Assembly (NCBI GenBank): GCA_026770705.1
Contig: JANJGN010000052.1
Location: 2,108,001-2,172,000 of the forward strand
Origin: Isurus oxyrinchus
Lineage: Eukaryota
Length of the DNA: 64,000 nt
Reading direction: 5' to 3'
Every line of letters starts with the position of its first letter. The first letter of the stretch is position 1. The notes under the pieces are model-generated. The model had not been told where the DNA came from, did no database searches, and saw nothing but the letters and a program-made list of their open reading frames with translations. This document shows positions 25,976 to 38,094 of this stretch, piece by piece. The translations under genes and the position numbers were made by a program.

Positions 25976-26332
25976 GAGTGACGTCAGAGGGATGGTCTAT
26001 GAAGGCGCTGTCTCGGAGGGCCATCAGCAGCTCTTGTGTGGTTATTCCGTGTAGCTTTGACTTTCCTTCCCACTCTTACACAGCACTGCACGGAGCTTGG
26101 TATAAATATTGGTATAGATGGAAATATACCATCACATACACCAAAGATCCCAACTATGCGATGGCCACATTCGTGGGACGTGCTAAAATAATCGGCGACT
26201 TGGAAGGGAAGAATTGTTCGGTGAGGATTGACAGTCTCAGAGCTGAAGATAGTGATGTGTATTACTTTTATGTGGATGTGGAGGGCTACACAGATCACAC
26301 TTTTACACAACCAGTCCAACTCCAGGTTCTTG
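25976..26332 (+). CDS. Gene B Siglec-type V-set Ig exon (essential Arg replaced by Tyr)
   Basis: ttcag|GA...CTTG|gtaagt, 357 nt; SCVVIPCSF...GAWY...FVGRAKIIGDLEGKNCSVRI...EDSDVYYFYV; Siglec B- and E-strand Cys present, no F-strand Cys. Confidence 0.92.
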
Positions 26333-27439
26333 GTAAGTCCCAGTTCCTTTCACACTCAGTCTATCAGCACAAGGGGGTCATGTTCTCATCTCAGAGCCAG
26401 GCAGTCATGGGTTGAATTCCTGCTCCAGGAGATGTCAGAACAAAGTCCAGTATGTGATCTGGTGCAGTACTGAGGGAGTTCCACACTGTCAGAGGGTCAG
26501 TACTGAGGGAGTGCTGCACTGTCGGAGGGTCAGTACTGAGCGAGTGCCACACTGTCAGAGCATCAGTACTGCGGGAGTGCTGCACTGTCGGACGGTCAGT
26601 ACTGAGGGAGTGCTACACTGTCGGAGGGTGAGTACTGAGGGAGTGCTGCACTGTCACCGGGTCAGTACTGATGGAGTGCTGTACTGTCGGAGGGTCAGTA
26701 CAGGGGGAGTTCTGCACTGTCGGAGGGTGAGTACCGAGGGGGTGCTGCACCTTTGGGGGGTCAGTATTGAGGGAGTGCTGCACCGTTGGGGGGTCTTTGC
26801 CGAGTGAGTGCTGCTCTGTCTGAGAATTATCACTTGTATCAAAATGTTTTTAACTTTACTGTTGTTCCCACTTCAGCTGCAACTGCTCCACATCCCCATG
26901 TGTTAACTGGAGCATGTCAGCCTGGAGTTACGTGGAATTGCAGAGCAGAATCTGCTCTCACACATTGAAGCTGGCAATCGCTAAGTGTCCCTCAGTGATG
27001 ATGTTTTCTGATGGAATGAAACTTGGCAAAGCCGTGGGTAGTGATAAGGAGAGATTGGGCATGAGAGGGGCAGGATCAGTGTGAGGTGGGCAGACACATG
27101 GCTGATGCAGTTCAGCGCAGTGTCGTGTGAAGTGACGCACTTTGTCAGGATGAATACAGACAGATATTGGACAGTAATGATTTGGACAGGTGTAGGTGAG
27201 CAGAGACCTGGGCGTCTCTCTGCACTCATTCTGAAAGATTAAAGGACAAATTGTTGAGGTGATGAAGAAAGAAAATGTCTTCCTTGTGTTAACAGACTGA
27301 GGAACCCAGTTAAAAGCAAAGAGATCATGCGGGAACTTTATAAATCACTGGTTAGAACTCAGCTGGAATATTGTTCAGAACGCTGGGCCTCCACACTTCA
27401 GGAAAGATGTAAGAGCTTCAGAAAGGGTGTCCAAGAGGA

Positions 27440-27860
27440 CAAAACTGTAAAAACTGGGACATAAGAGTCCTGCTCCAAACTGGTCTTGTATAGCTTAACA
27501 TATAACAGTGGTAAAACTGGGAAATAAGAGTCCTGCTCCAAACTGGTCTTGTATAGCTTAATATAAAACACCAGTAAAACTGGGAAATAAGAGTACTGGT
27601 CCAAACTGGTCTTGTATAGCTTAATATAGAACACCAGTAAAACTGGGAAATAAGAGTACTGGTCCAAACTGGTCTTGTATAGCTTAATATAGAACACCAG
27701 TTAAACTGGGAAATAAGAGTACTGGTCCAAACTGGTCTTGCATAGCTTAATATAGAACACCAGTTAAACTGGGAAATAAGAGTACTGGTCCAAACTGGTC
27801 TTGTATAGAATAATATAGAACACCAGTAAAACTGCGAGATAAGAGTACTGATCTGAACTG
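27440..27860. repeat. 63-bp minisatellite
   Basis: taaaactgggaaataagagtactggtccaaactggtcttgtatagcttaatatagaacaccag; inverted short copy at about 61905-62005. Confidence 0.9.
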
Positions 27861-28419
27861 ATTTTTTGCTTCTGGGTGGAGAGGAGATTGAGCAGAATGG
27901 GTCCAGGGATGAGGGATTTTAGCTACAAGGTTGGGTTGGAGGAGCTGGGGTTGTTCTCCTTGGAACAAAGGAGATTGAGGGGGGATCTGATCGAGGTGTA
28001 CAAGATGATGATGGGTTTAGATAAGGTAGACGAAGAGAAGATGTTGCCATTAGCTGATGGTACAAGGACCGGGGGACACAGATTGAAGGTTGTGGGTGGG
28101 GGGCGATGTGAGGAGGAACTTTTTTACACAGCGAGTGGTAATGAGCTGGAACTCGCTGCCTACGAGGATGGTGGAAGTGGAGACGATGAACAATTTCAAA
28201 AGGAAATTGGACGGACAATTGGAAATAAACTCACAGGGATACGAGGACAGAGCGGGGGGAATGGGACTGATTGGATTGCTCTACAGAGAGACAGCATGAA
28301 CTGGATGGGCCAATGGCCTCCTTCTGTGTTCTGAGTGTCTGTGACCCTATTGAAAAATCAGAGGACAAATACAAATTGTTTTCTGCTTGTCAGTTAACAT
28401 CTGGAACTTTCTATTACAG

Positions 28420-28707
28420 ATGCTCCAGATAAGCCAGTTATTGTGCTCCTGAAGGATTTACAGGAGGGGACTCCTGCACATATCATCTGTAAATGCCTCT
28501 ACACCTGCCCTGATAACCACCCCAATCTAACCTGGAGTGAATTGCTGACTTCATCGGTCAGCAACATTACAGAGAACGGTGGTGAGGTTTCCGCTCTACT
28601 GACCTTTAACCCTTCGTTCAAGCATCATGGACGAACTCTCCGCTGTACGTGCGACTACCCTCAAACCAGCCATCGAGTGGTCAGCTCCGTTACTCTGAGT
28701 GTAAAGT
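28420..28707 (+). CDS. Gene B Ig domain 2 (Siglec D2-type C2)
   Basis: ttacag|AT...AAGT|gtaagt, 288 nt; DKPVI..LQEGTPAHIICKCLYTCPDNHPNLTW...ALLTFNPSFKHHGRTLRCTCDYP. Confidence 0.92.
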
Positions 28708-29215
28708 GTAAGTATTGATTAGAACATCATGCTTGTGATGGAGGGGGAGTCGGTCTCCTATTAAATCAGGCATTGGAGAAGGCGCAAGTTGGATTGACAA
28801 GGATGATTCCAGAACTGAGATGTTATAGCTATCAGGAAAGACTGAACAAGCTGGGATTCTTTTCTCTAGAAAAGAGAAGGCTGAGGGGGTGACCTCATCG
28901 AGGTCCTTAAAATGGTGAAAGGGTTTCGATAGGGTAGATGTGGAGAAGATGTCTCCACTTGTCGGAGTGACGAAGAGTTAGGGGCCATCAATATAAGATC
29001 ATCACTAATAAAATGGTGCACACTGCTAACAATGTGTGTTCATGGTGGAGGGAGTGAATGTTGAAGATGGTGGGTGGGATGCCAATCAATCGGGCTGCTT
29101 TGTCCTGGATGGTGTCGAGCTTCTTGAGTGTTGTTGGAGCCGCACTCATCCCGGCAACTGGAGAGAATTCCATCACACTCAGTGTTTAATGTGTTGATAA
29201 TTTTGTATTTGAAAG

Positions 29216-29473
29216 ATTCTCCTCACAACACGTCTGTCAGGCTGACACTGGAAAAAGGAAAGGTGATTTCTCTAAGTTGTTCCAGTGACGGGAATCCAGC
29301 AGTCCACAATTTCACCTGGTTTAAGATCTCCCAAGGAAAGATGACGAATCTCGCGCTCGCTGGTCAAACTATTACAGTTCCTTATGGATTCGATGAGGAA
29401 ATCTCCTACTACTGTGAAGCAACAAGTATCCTGGGCAGTTCCCAGTCTCTGCCCATTAGAATTCCCACTGAAT
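29216..29473 (+). CDS. Gene B Ig domain 3 (C2)
   Basis: gaaag|AT...GAAT|gtgagt, 258 nt; SPHNTSV...ISLSCSSDGNPAVHNFTWFK...SYYCEATSILG, CD22/sialoadhesin-like C2. Confidence 0.9.
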
Positions 29474-30829
29474 GTGAGTAATTTCAATCCTGACTTTTAA
29501 ACAATTCCACATCTTGTCCAAACTCCGAGGTGAACCAAATCTCCCCTTGGGTGTTGCTGAAAACATGCTGTCGAAGGTTTCAATCCTCGTCAGGACAGAG
29601 TCACGAGAAAACCCAATCTCAAAGGGAACAGCCATTTCTGATGCGGGGGAAGAGGGCGTGCTGATTGGCTGGCAAGTCGACATTTCTCCACAGTTTGTTC
29701 ACAATTCTCAGTGATGGTCACCATGAAACTACCAGATTGTTGTAAAAACCCATCTGGGCCAGTAATCTCCTTTAGGGAGGGAATTCTGCCATCCTTACCC
29801 GGTCTGGCCTACATGTGACTCCTGACCCACAGCCATGTGGGGGAATCTTAACTGCCCCTCTGAATGGGCCGGGCATGCCACTCAGTTGTATTCGAGCGGG
29901 CGGCTCACCACCGCCTTCTCAAGGGGCAACTAGGGATGGGCAATAAACGCTGGCCCTGCCAGTGATGCCCACATTACTGAATGAATTCCAATAGAAGAGG
30001 AATCCTCCCATTCTAGAGATTGGCGATCCATACACTGGGCTGACATTCCCAGTCATTCAATAATCAGCCTGTTCCCCCATTCAATCAGATCACGGCTGGT
30101 CTGTATATTAACCCCATCCACCCAGCTCGGTTCCTTAAACCTTAAACACCCCCCGACCCAACAGAAATCTCCCAATGTCAGTTTTGAAATTTACAATTGA
30201 CCCCTCCCAGCCTCGACAGCTTTTTCTGGGGGAGAGAGTTCCAGATTTCCACCCCCCCTTTGTGTGAAGAATTGCTTCCTGACATCACCCCCTGAACGGC
30301 CTGGCTCCAATTTTAAGATTCTGCCCCCTTGTTCTGGACCCCCCCTCACCTCACCCCCACCCCCACCCCCCACCCCCACCCTCACCCCCACCCCCACCCC
30401 CACCCCCACCCCCACCCTCACCCCCACCCCCTCACCTCACCCCCACCACCAGGGGAAATAGTTTCTCTCTATCGACCCCATCAAATCCTTTAATCATCTT
30501 AAACCCCTCGATTAGATCACCCCTTAATCTTCAAGACTCGAGGGAACACAAGCCTGGTCTGTGCAACCTGTCCTCAGAATTTAACCCTTTCAGCCCCGGG
30601 ATCGTTCTGGTGACTCTGGGCTGCAGCCCCTCGGAGGGCAATATACCCTCCCTGAGGGGCGGGACCCACAACTGAAGCCACTAACTGCAGGTGGGCTCTG
30701 AGCAGAGATTTATAACCTGACGCATCTCTCCGAGCCTCTTTGTATTCCCACTTCCTTGGGGTAAAGGCCCCTATTCCATCGGAATTCTCTATTGCTACGG
30801 TGTGACTGACACGGGATATATTAATGGGT

Positions 30830-33115
30830 GGTTTTCCTCTGAACTGTATCTCAGAATAAATGATCCCCTGGAAAAAAATGACCATAACCTGGTACAATTC
30901 AGCATTCCCTCTGAGACTGAGAAACTTGGGTCGGAAACAACTGTGCTGGACTTAAATAAGTGTAATTACAAAGAAATAAGGACAGGGTTGTCTGGAGTGG
31001 ACTGGGAAAGGGGTTTAGCAGAAAAGATGCTGGATGAACAATGGCAGATCTTTAAGAAAATATCTCATGACTCACAACAAAGATATATCCCGGTGAGGAA
31101 GAAGGATTGTAGGAAGAGAATAAACCAACCTGGGTTACCCAAAGAAGTTCAGGCGTGTGTCAAATTGAAAGAGAAACCATGCAATATGGTTAGTGGTAAG
31201 CCAGAGGATTGGGAACGTTTTAAAAACCAACAGAAGATGACCAAAAAATAAATAAAGAGGCAGAAAACTATGTAAACTAGCAAATTATAAAAAAAGGACA
31301 GTAAAAGCTTCTTTAAATATATAAAAAGGGAGAGAGAGACCAAAGTGAACATAGGCCCCTGAGAGAACTAGGCTGGGGAAATAATAATGAGGAGCCAGGA
31401 AATGACAGAGGAGTTGAATAAATACTTTGCATCAGTCTTCACGGTAGAACACACTAATAGCATTCCAAAAATACTAAATAATCAAGGGGCAAAAGGGGGG
31501 TGGGGGGAGGAAATAAATACAGTAACTATCACTAGAGAATAATACTAGGGAAAGTCATGGGTCTCAAGGCTGATAGGTCCCCTGGACCTGATAGGTTGCA
31601 TCTTAGGATATTAAAGGAAGTAGATGCAGAGATAGTGGATGCACTGGTTTTAATCTTCCAAGAATCCTTAGATTCTGGGAAACTCCCAGAGGATTGGAAA
31701 TCTGCCAAAGTAACACCCATATTCAAAAAGGGAGGGAGACAACAAACAGGAAACTATAGGCCAGTTAGCTTAACATCTGTCATTGGGAACATGTTAGAGT
31801 CCATTATAAAGGATGTAATAGCAGACTATTTAGAAATGCATAATTTAATCACACACAGGCTTCATGAAGGGGAAATCATGCATGACAAATTTATTAGAAT
31901 TCCTTGAGGAGATAACAAACAGGATAGATAAAGGGGAACCAGTAGATGTAATATATTTGGATTTCCAAAAGTTGTTCAGTAAATTACCACATATAAGGCT
32001 ACTTAATAAGATAAGAGCCCATGGTGTTGGGGGCAGTATATTAGCATGGATAGAGGATCGACTAACTAAGAGAAGACAGAGATTTGAGATAAGGGGGGCA
32101 TTTTCAGGATGTCAACCTGTGGAGTGCCACAGGGATCAGTGCTGGGGCCACAATTATTTACAATATATATTAATGACTTGGATGAGGGAAATTAATGTAC
32201 TTTCGCCAAGTTTGCGGATGACACAAAAATAGATGGGAAGGCAAGTGGTGAGGGTGACACGAAGAGTCTACAGAGGGACATAGACAGGTTCAGTGAGTGG
32301 GCATCAACTTGGCAGATGGAATATAATGTGGGAAAATGTGAGCTGCTGCACTGTGGCAGGATGTATAGAGGAGCTGAATATTATTTCAATGGAGAAAGAC
32401 ATTGGAAAGCTGAAGCATAGAGGAATTTGGGGGTCATCAGAAAGATAACATACAAGTTCAACAGTTAATAGGGAAGACAGGTGGAATGTTGGCCTTTATT
32501 TCAAAGGGAATGGAGTATAAAAATAGGGAAGTCTTGCTAAAACTTTACAAGGCACTAGTTAGACCACACCTAGAATACTGTGAGCAGTTTTGGTTCCCTT
32601 ATCTAAGGAAAGATGTACTGGCATTGGAGGCAGTCCAGAGAAGGTTCACTAGGTTGATCCCAGTAATGAGGTATTTTCATATGAGGAGAGGTTGAGTAGG
32701 ATGGGCCTGTACTCATTGGAGTTTAGGAGAATGAGAGCTGACCTTATTGAAACATATAAGATTCTTAGGGTGCTTGACAGGGTAGATGCTGAGAGGTTGT
32801 TTCCCCTTGTGGGAGAGTCTAGGACCAGAGGGCATAATCTCAGAGTAAGGGGTCACCCATTTAAGACAGAGATAGGAGTTTCTTCTCTCAGAGGGTAGTG
32901 AATGTGTGGAATTCTTTACTACAGAGAGCTGCAGAGGCTGGGTCATTAATTATATTCAAGGCTGAGAGACACAGTTTTTTAATCAGTCAGGGAATCAAAG
33001 GCTATGGGGAAGAGGCAGGAAAGTGGAGTTGAGGATTGTCAGATCAGCCATGGTGTCATTGAATGGCGGAGCAGAGTTGATTGGCCGAATGGCCTCCTTC
33101 TGCTCTGACGTCTTG
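30830..33115 (+). mobile_element. Decayed CR1 LINE ORF2 and 3' UTR
   Basis: SPGPDRLHLRILKE...GNYRPVSLTSV...VDVIYLDFQK...LYKALVRPHLEYC, with multiple frameshifts. Confidence 0.92.
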
Positions 33116-33134
33116 TGGTCTTATGGTCTTATCA

Positions 33135-34020
33135 CCCTCCAACAGTGCAGATCTCCCTAATTACTGATCCTCCGACAGTGCAGCACTCCCTCAGTACTGA
33201 CCCTCCGACAGTGCAGCACTCCCTCAGTACTGACCCTGCAACAGTGCAGCACTCTTCCAGTACTGACCCTCCGACAATGCAGCACTTCCTCAGTAATGAC
33301 CCTCCGACAGAGCAGCACTCCCTCAGTACTGAACATCTGACAGTGCAGCAATCTTCCAGTCCTGACCCTCCGACAGTGCAGCATTCTTCCAGTACTGACC
33401 CTCCGACAGTGCAGCATTCCCTCAGTACTGACCCTCCGACAGTGCATCACTCCCTCAGTACTGACCATCCAACAGTGCAGCACTCCTTCAGTACTGACCA
33501 TCTGACAGTGCAGCACTCCCTCAGTACTGACCATCCAACAGTGCTGCACTCCCTCAGTACTGACCCTCTGACAGTGCAGTACTCTCTCAGTACTGACCCT
33601 CTGACAGTGCAGCACTCCCTCAGTACTGACCCTCTGACAATGCAGCACTCTCTCAGTACTGATCCTCCGACATTGCAGCACTCCCTCAGTACTGACCATC
33701 CAACAGTGCAGCACTCCATCAGTACTGAACCTCCAACAGTGCAGCACTCCCTCAGTACTGACCATCCAACAGTGCAGCACTCCCTCAGTACTGACCATCC
33801 AACAGTGCAGCACTCCCTCAGTACTGACCCTCCGACAGTGCCGCACTCCCTCAGTACTGACCATCCAACTGTGCAGCACTCCCTCAGTACTCATTCTCCG
33901 ACAGTGAAGTACTCGCTCAATACTGACTATGCGGCAGTGCAGCTTTCACAGTACCCACCCTCCAACAGTGCAGCACTCCCTCAGTACTGACCCTCCGACA
34001 GTACAGCACTCCCTCAGTAC
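33135..34020. repeat. 33-bp satellite array
   Basis: Same unit. Confidence 0.95.
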
Positions 34021-34154
34021 TGAGCTGTAGTGACTGCCTGAATTAAGTGCTTTGTGGTGAAGGAACCTACATTGATATCAGACCTTTCACATTCTCAGTG
34101 TCTCTCAAAGCGTTTCACAGACAATGTAAGTAACTGATCTTTATTTGTTTTCAG

Positions 34155-34436
34155 ACACACCACAGAATCTCTCAATTAATTCTCTTGATATGATTAACGT
34201 TTCATCGATCAATATAATTGAGGGGTATTCTGCAGTGATAATCTGCTCAGTCGAGAGCTTCCCAACTTCTAACCTGACGTGGCGACATCTTAATGTCCCA
34301 ATGAACAGAACAAGTTCCAACAATGATCTGTGGTTGGTGATTCCTCACGTTACATCCAGGGACACTGGAGACTATCAGTGTGTGGCAGAGAATGAACATG
34401 GAGCAGTGGAGGGGTTCATAACCATCACTGTGGAAC
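34155..34436 (+). CDS. Gene B Ig domain 4 (C2)
   Basis: tttcag|AC...GAAC|gtgagt, 282 nt; near-identical to 2479-2760. Confidence 0.9.
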
Positions 34437-34915
34437 GTGAGTTACACAGACTTCAACAACTCTCTCAGATTTGAACACATATACATAAATGCACTCCCAC
34501 ACGCACTCACTGCACTGGAGTCTTGGTGTCAGCTCCAATTCTGGATGGAACGAAGGTAAACTCCAGATCAACAAGACCCTGAATTGGATGACCAAACTCC
34601 TGAACAGTGAATTGTAGATTTACCCCTCAGTGCTCCATCAATCAAATACAATTCATTGCCTGTAAAGGCTTGGCGAAATCCTGAGGATGTGAATGAAAGT
34701 TTCTTTCATTCTAGATTGATAGCACCTCAACTGGTGGGGGAATGCAACTGCAGTGTGACAGTTTACATAGGCAGTGTCCATTATAAATGTGACAGAGGAA
34801 CTTATGCTGAGGAAGGTGCCTGGAATTGTATTCAGACATCAGATACGGAGAGATGATACATGGAGTCTTGATGTGCATTGTGCTTGCTCACTCTAAAATC
34901 TTTATATGTTTTTAG

Positions 34916-35197
34916 ATGCTCCACAGAACCTCTCAATTACTTCTCTTGATATGATTAACGCTTCATCGATCAATATAATTGAGGGGAATTCTAGAGTGAT
35001 AATCTGCTCTGTCGAGAGCTTCCCAGCTTCTAACCTGACGTGGCGACATCTTAATGTCCCAATGAACAGAACAAGTTCCAACAATGAGCTGTGGTTGGTG
35101 ATTCCTCACGTTACATCCAGGGACACTGGAGACTATCAGTGTGTGGCAGAGAATGAACATGGAGCAGTGGAGGGATTCATAACCATCACTGTGGAAC
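34916..35197 (+). CDS. Gene B Ig domain 5 (C2, tandem duplicate of domain 4)
   Basis: ttttag|AT...GAAC|gtgagt, 282 nt; only a handful of substitutions versus 2479-2760. Confidence 0.9.
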
Positions 35198-35224
35198 GTG
35201 AGTTACACAGAATTGAACATTCTC

Positions 35225-36270
35225 TTGTTATTAGCTCATGGGATGTGGGCATTGTTGACAAGGCCAGAAATTATTGCCCATCTGTAACTGCCCCTTGAGA
35301 AGGTGGTGGTGAGCTGCCTTCTTTAACCACTGCAGTCCATGTGGTGTAGGCACACCAACAGTGCTGTTAGGGAGGGAGTTCCAGGATTTTGACCCAGCGA
35401 CGGTGAAGGAACGGCCGATATAGTTCCAAGTCCCAGGGCAGACCACCACCTCATGTTGATTTCCAAGTCACACACCTCACTGACTTGGAACTCTCTTGGT
35501 GGAAGAGGTTAAGGGTTTGGAAGGTGCAGTCGAAGAAGCTTTGGTGAGTTGCTGCAGTGCATCTTGTAGATGGTGCATACACTGCTGCCATTGTGTGCCA
35601 GTGGTGGAGGGTATGAATGTTTATGCTGGTGGATGGGCTGTTGATCAAACAAGCTGCTCCTGGATGGTGTCGAGCTTCTTGAGTGTTGTTGGAGCTGCAC
35701 TCATCCAGCCAAGTGGAGATTATTCCATCACAATCCTGACTTGTGCCTTGTCGATGGTGGACAGGCTTTGGAGAGTCAGGAGGTGAGTTACTCACCGCAG
35801 AGTTCCCAGCCTCTTACCCGCTCTTGTAACCACATTATTTCCTGTTGCCGGGTTGTTGCCAGGGCCAATAGCCTTTGCTGTATCCAGTATCATCAGCTGA
35901 TTCCTGATGTCACGTGGAGTCAATCGAATTGTCTGAAAGCTGACATCTGTGATGCTGGGACCCTCTGGAGGAGGCCGAGATGGAGCATCCACTCAGCACT
36001 TCTGGCTGAACATGGTTGCCAATGCTTCAGCCTTGTCGTTTGCACTGATGTGCTGAGCTCCCCCATCATTAAGGATGGGGATATTTGTGGAACATCCTCC
36101 TCCTGTTAGATCTTTAATTGCCCATCACCATTCATGACTGGATGTGGCAGGACTGCAGAGCTTAGATCTGACCCGTTGGTTGTGGGATCGCTTTGCTCTG
36201 TCTATAGCATGTTGTTTCCGCTGTTTGGTGTGTATGTAGTCCTGTGTGTCACCTCAGCAGCTTGGCACCC
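35225..36270 (-). mobile_element. LINE fragments (same family as 12224-14320)
   Basis: Reverse complement of the 3' region seen at 13760-14300; further copies at 6560-7020 and 9550-10000. Confidence 0.75.
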
Positions 36271-36463
36271 CTGTTATATGTGAATCCTCCTTATAGAAAC
36301 CTGCATGTACATGGATATTATCAATAAATATTACATAGATAAATGTTATTTGTATAGACCTTTCATGCATAGACAATATCACTTCACAAGTTCAGAATTA
36401 CTACATGTACATAGGGAACCATTCTCAAACTATACCGGAGTCATTCATTGGCTGATTTTACAG

Positions 36464-36560
36464 GGCGAGATTCCAATGAATGGAAAGCAGGATTGCTTGG
36501 AGCTGGAATCTGTTTGAGTGTTGGACTGAGTGGATTCTTCATCTTCAAGTGTGTGAGAAA
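36464..36560 (+). CDS. Gene B transmembrane exon
   Basis: ttacag|GG...AGAAA|gtaagt, 97 nt, paralogous to 6334-6430; RDSNEWKAGLLGAGICLSVGLSGFFIFKCVRK. Confidence 0.88.
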
Positions 36561-37124
36561 GTAAGTGTGAAGGTTTAATTGGTTGTTTTCGAAAATGTTT
36601 TCTTCAACCTTCTCTCCTTATAGAAAGAACTTGCATTTCTATAGCACCTTTTACAATCCAAAACCCTTCACAGCCCCTGAAGAGTTTTGATGTTCACCTA
36701 CTGTTTCACATCTCATCCAACACTCACTGTTTCACAACTCAGTCCTGTAACTGGCAGTGTTGACCCGGACCATAAAATACCTTGTGACCTCCTGAGTTTG
36801 TGAAAGGTGCGATATAAATGAAAACCTTTCTTTTGTTAGTGAATACAATCCCTTTCCTTTTTCCATGTTTCATTCACTCTCTCTTATCTCCACTAATGCA
36901 CGCCTTCTCATTCTCTCTCATTCACTCTCTCTCCAATCTCCACTAATGCTCTCCTTCTCATTCTCTCTCTCGTCCTCTTACACAATGTTCAGTCTCTCAC
37001 ATTTTTAAGGAGTGCTGAGCTACATCTGCTCCTTCAGAAGATCCACCTCAACACCTGGATTGAGCAGTGAATTGAAACTCGCTCACCGACTGCTCAGCTT
37101 TACACAGGAATCACGTCACAGAGT

Positions 37125-37520
37125 CAGGACACAAAGGGTTAACAGTTTGCTTACAACACAACACTAAGGCCCAACGTTTCAATGAAAGGGTTTTCACAAT
37201 TGTTCCCCAATTCCTGATTTGACTCACAGAGAGACATCCACCCTTTCTCATTAAATACACAGAGGGAGCAGCACAGGAAGAGGTCATTCAGCCCAAGCAG
37301 AGCGTGTGGGCAGTTCCTCCCCAGGCGAGCAGTCGGACAGGTACTGGGTAAGTAACGGAACGATTGGAATTCACTTCCACCACCAACACCGTCCTTTGTT
37401 GATGTTGTGACTTTATAAAGACAGATTCCAATGATTGATGCCTTTGAAAGATTTCTACTGATTATTGAGATCTGGGTGTGAGGCTCAAGTCTGTTGTACA
37501 GAACATCTTTCTGGTTAAAT
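37125..37520 (+). promoter_or_regulatory. Promoter/first-exon module copy 1 (inside the gene B intron)
   Basis: Near-identical to 43594-43970; TGACTCA, CAGGAAG, donor gtaagt at 37348. Confidence 0.55.
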
Positions 37521-37863
37521 TATGCAGACAGGTTACACACAGTCTACGATTATATTCACTCGGGTCTAGAAGATTAAGGAGGGATCTAATTGAGAGTTTC
37601 AAACTGATTAAACACTCGATAGGGTCGATAGAGAGAAGCTATTCCCTCGGGTGGGGGTGGGTGGTGGGGGTCGGGTGGAGTCCAGAACAAGGGGGCTGGA
37701 ACTTCAGATTGGAGCCAGGCCGTTCAGGGGTGATGTCAGGAAGCACTTCTTCACACAAAGGGGAGTGGAAATCTGGAACTCTCTCCCCAATAATCAAACC
37801 CAACACCGAATACACATCATGTTGATTGTCATTCTGTCCATTTCCATCTCTATTTCGGAAGAG

Positions 37864-37963
37864 AGGTGAGGGGAAAGCAGGAATCAAATCGAACCACCGT
37901 GTTGATGAATATCGAGGTCCTGTTTATGAAAACTGTGAGCGTGGTTGGGCTTTGAGGAATCAG
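37864..37963 (+). CDS. Gene B candidate cytoplasmic exon 1 (VYENC)
   Basis: GEGKAGIKSNHRVDEYRGPVYENCERGWALRNQ|gtgagt; a pyrimidine tract precedes it, but the expected acceptor reads tatttcgg; the in-phase alternative is a weak gag at 37861-37863. Confidence 0.55.
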
Positions 37964-38094
37964 GTGAGTCACACACCACAGGATCCCCAGCCTCTCAGCT
38001 GCTCCAGTAGCCTGGTTATTGATATGGCTGCTCCAGTCCTGTATCTGCAATGTTTTATACAGTCACTCCCAAACCCAACCAAACTCACACCCAA

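Noticed and set aside
27440-27860. CRISPR-like regular repeats
   Set aside because: Head-to-tail units with no unique spacers, no cas genes, and a vertebrate context
33115-33990. Repetitive Cys/His-rich ORFs (VQHSLSTDPPT, RECCTVGGSVL), here and at other arrays
   Set aside because: They come from the 33-bp satellite, which is open in several frames on both strands; not zinc-finger or keratin-associated genes
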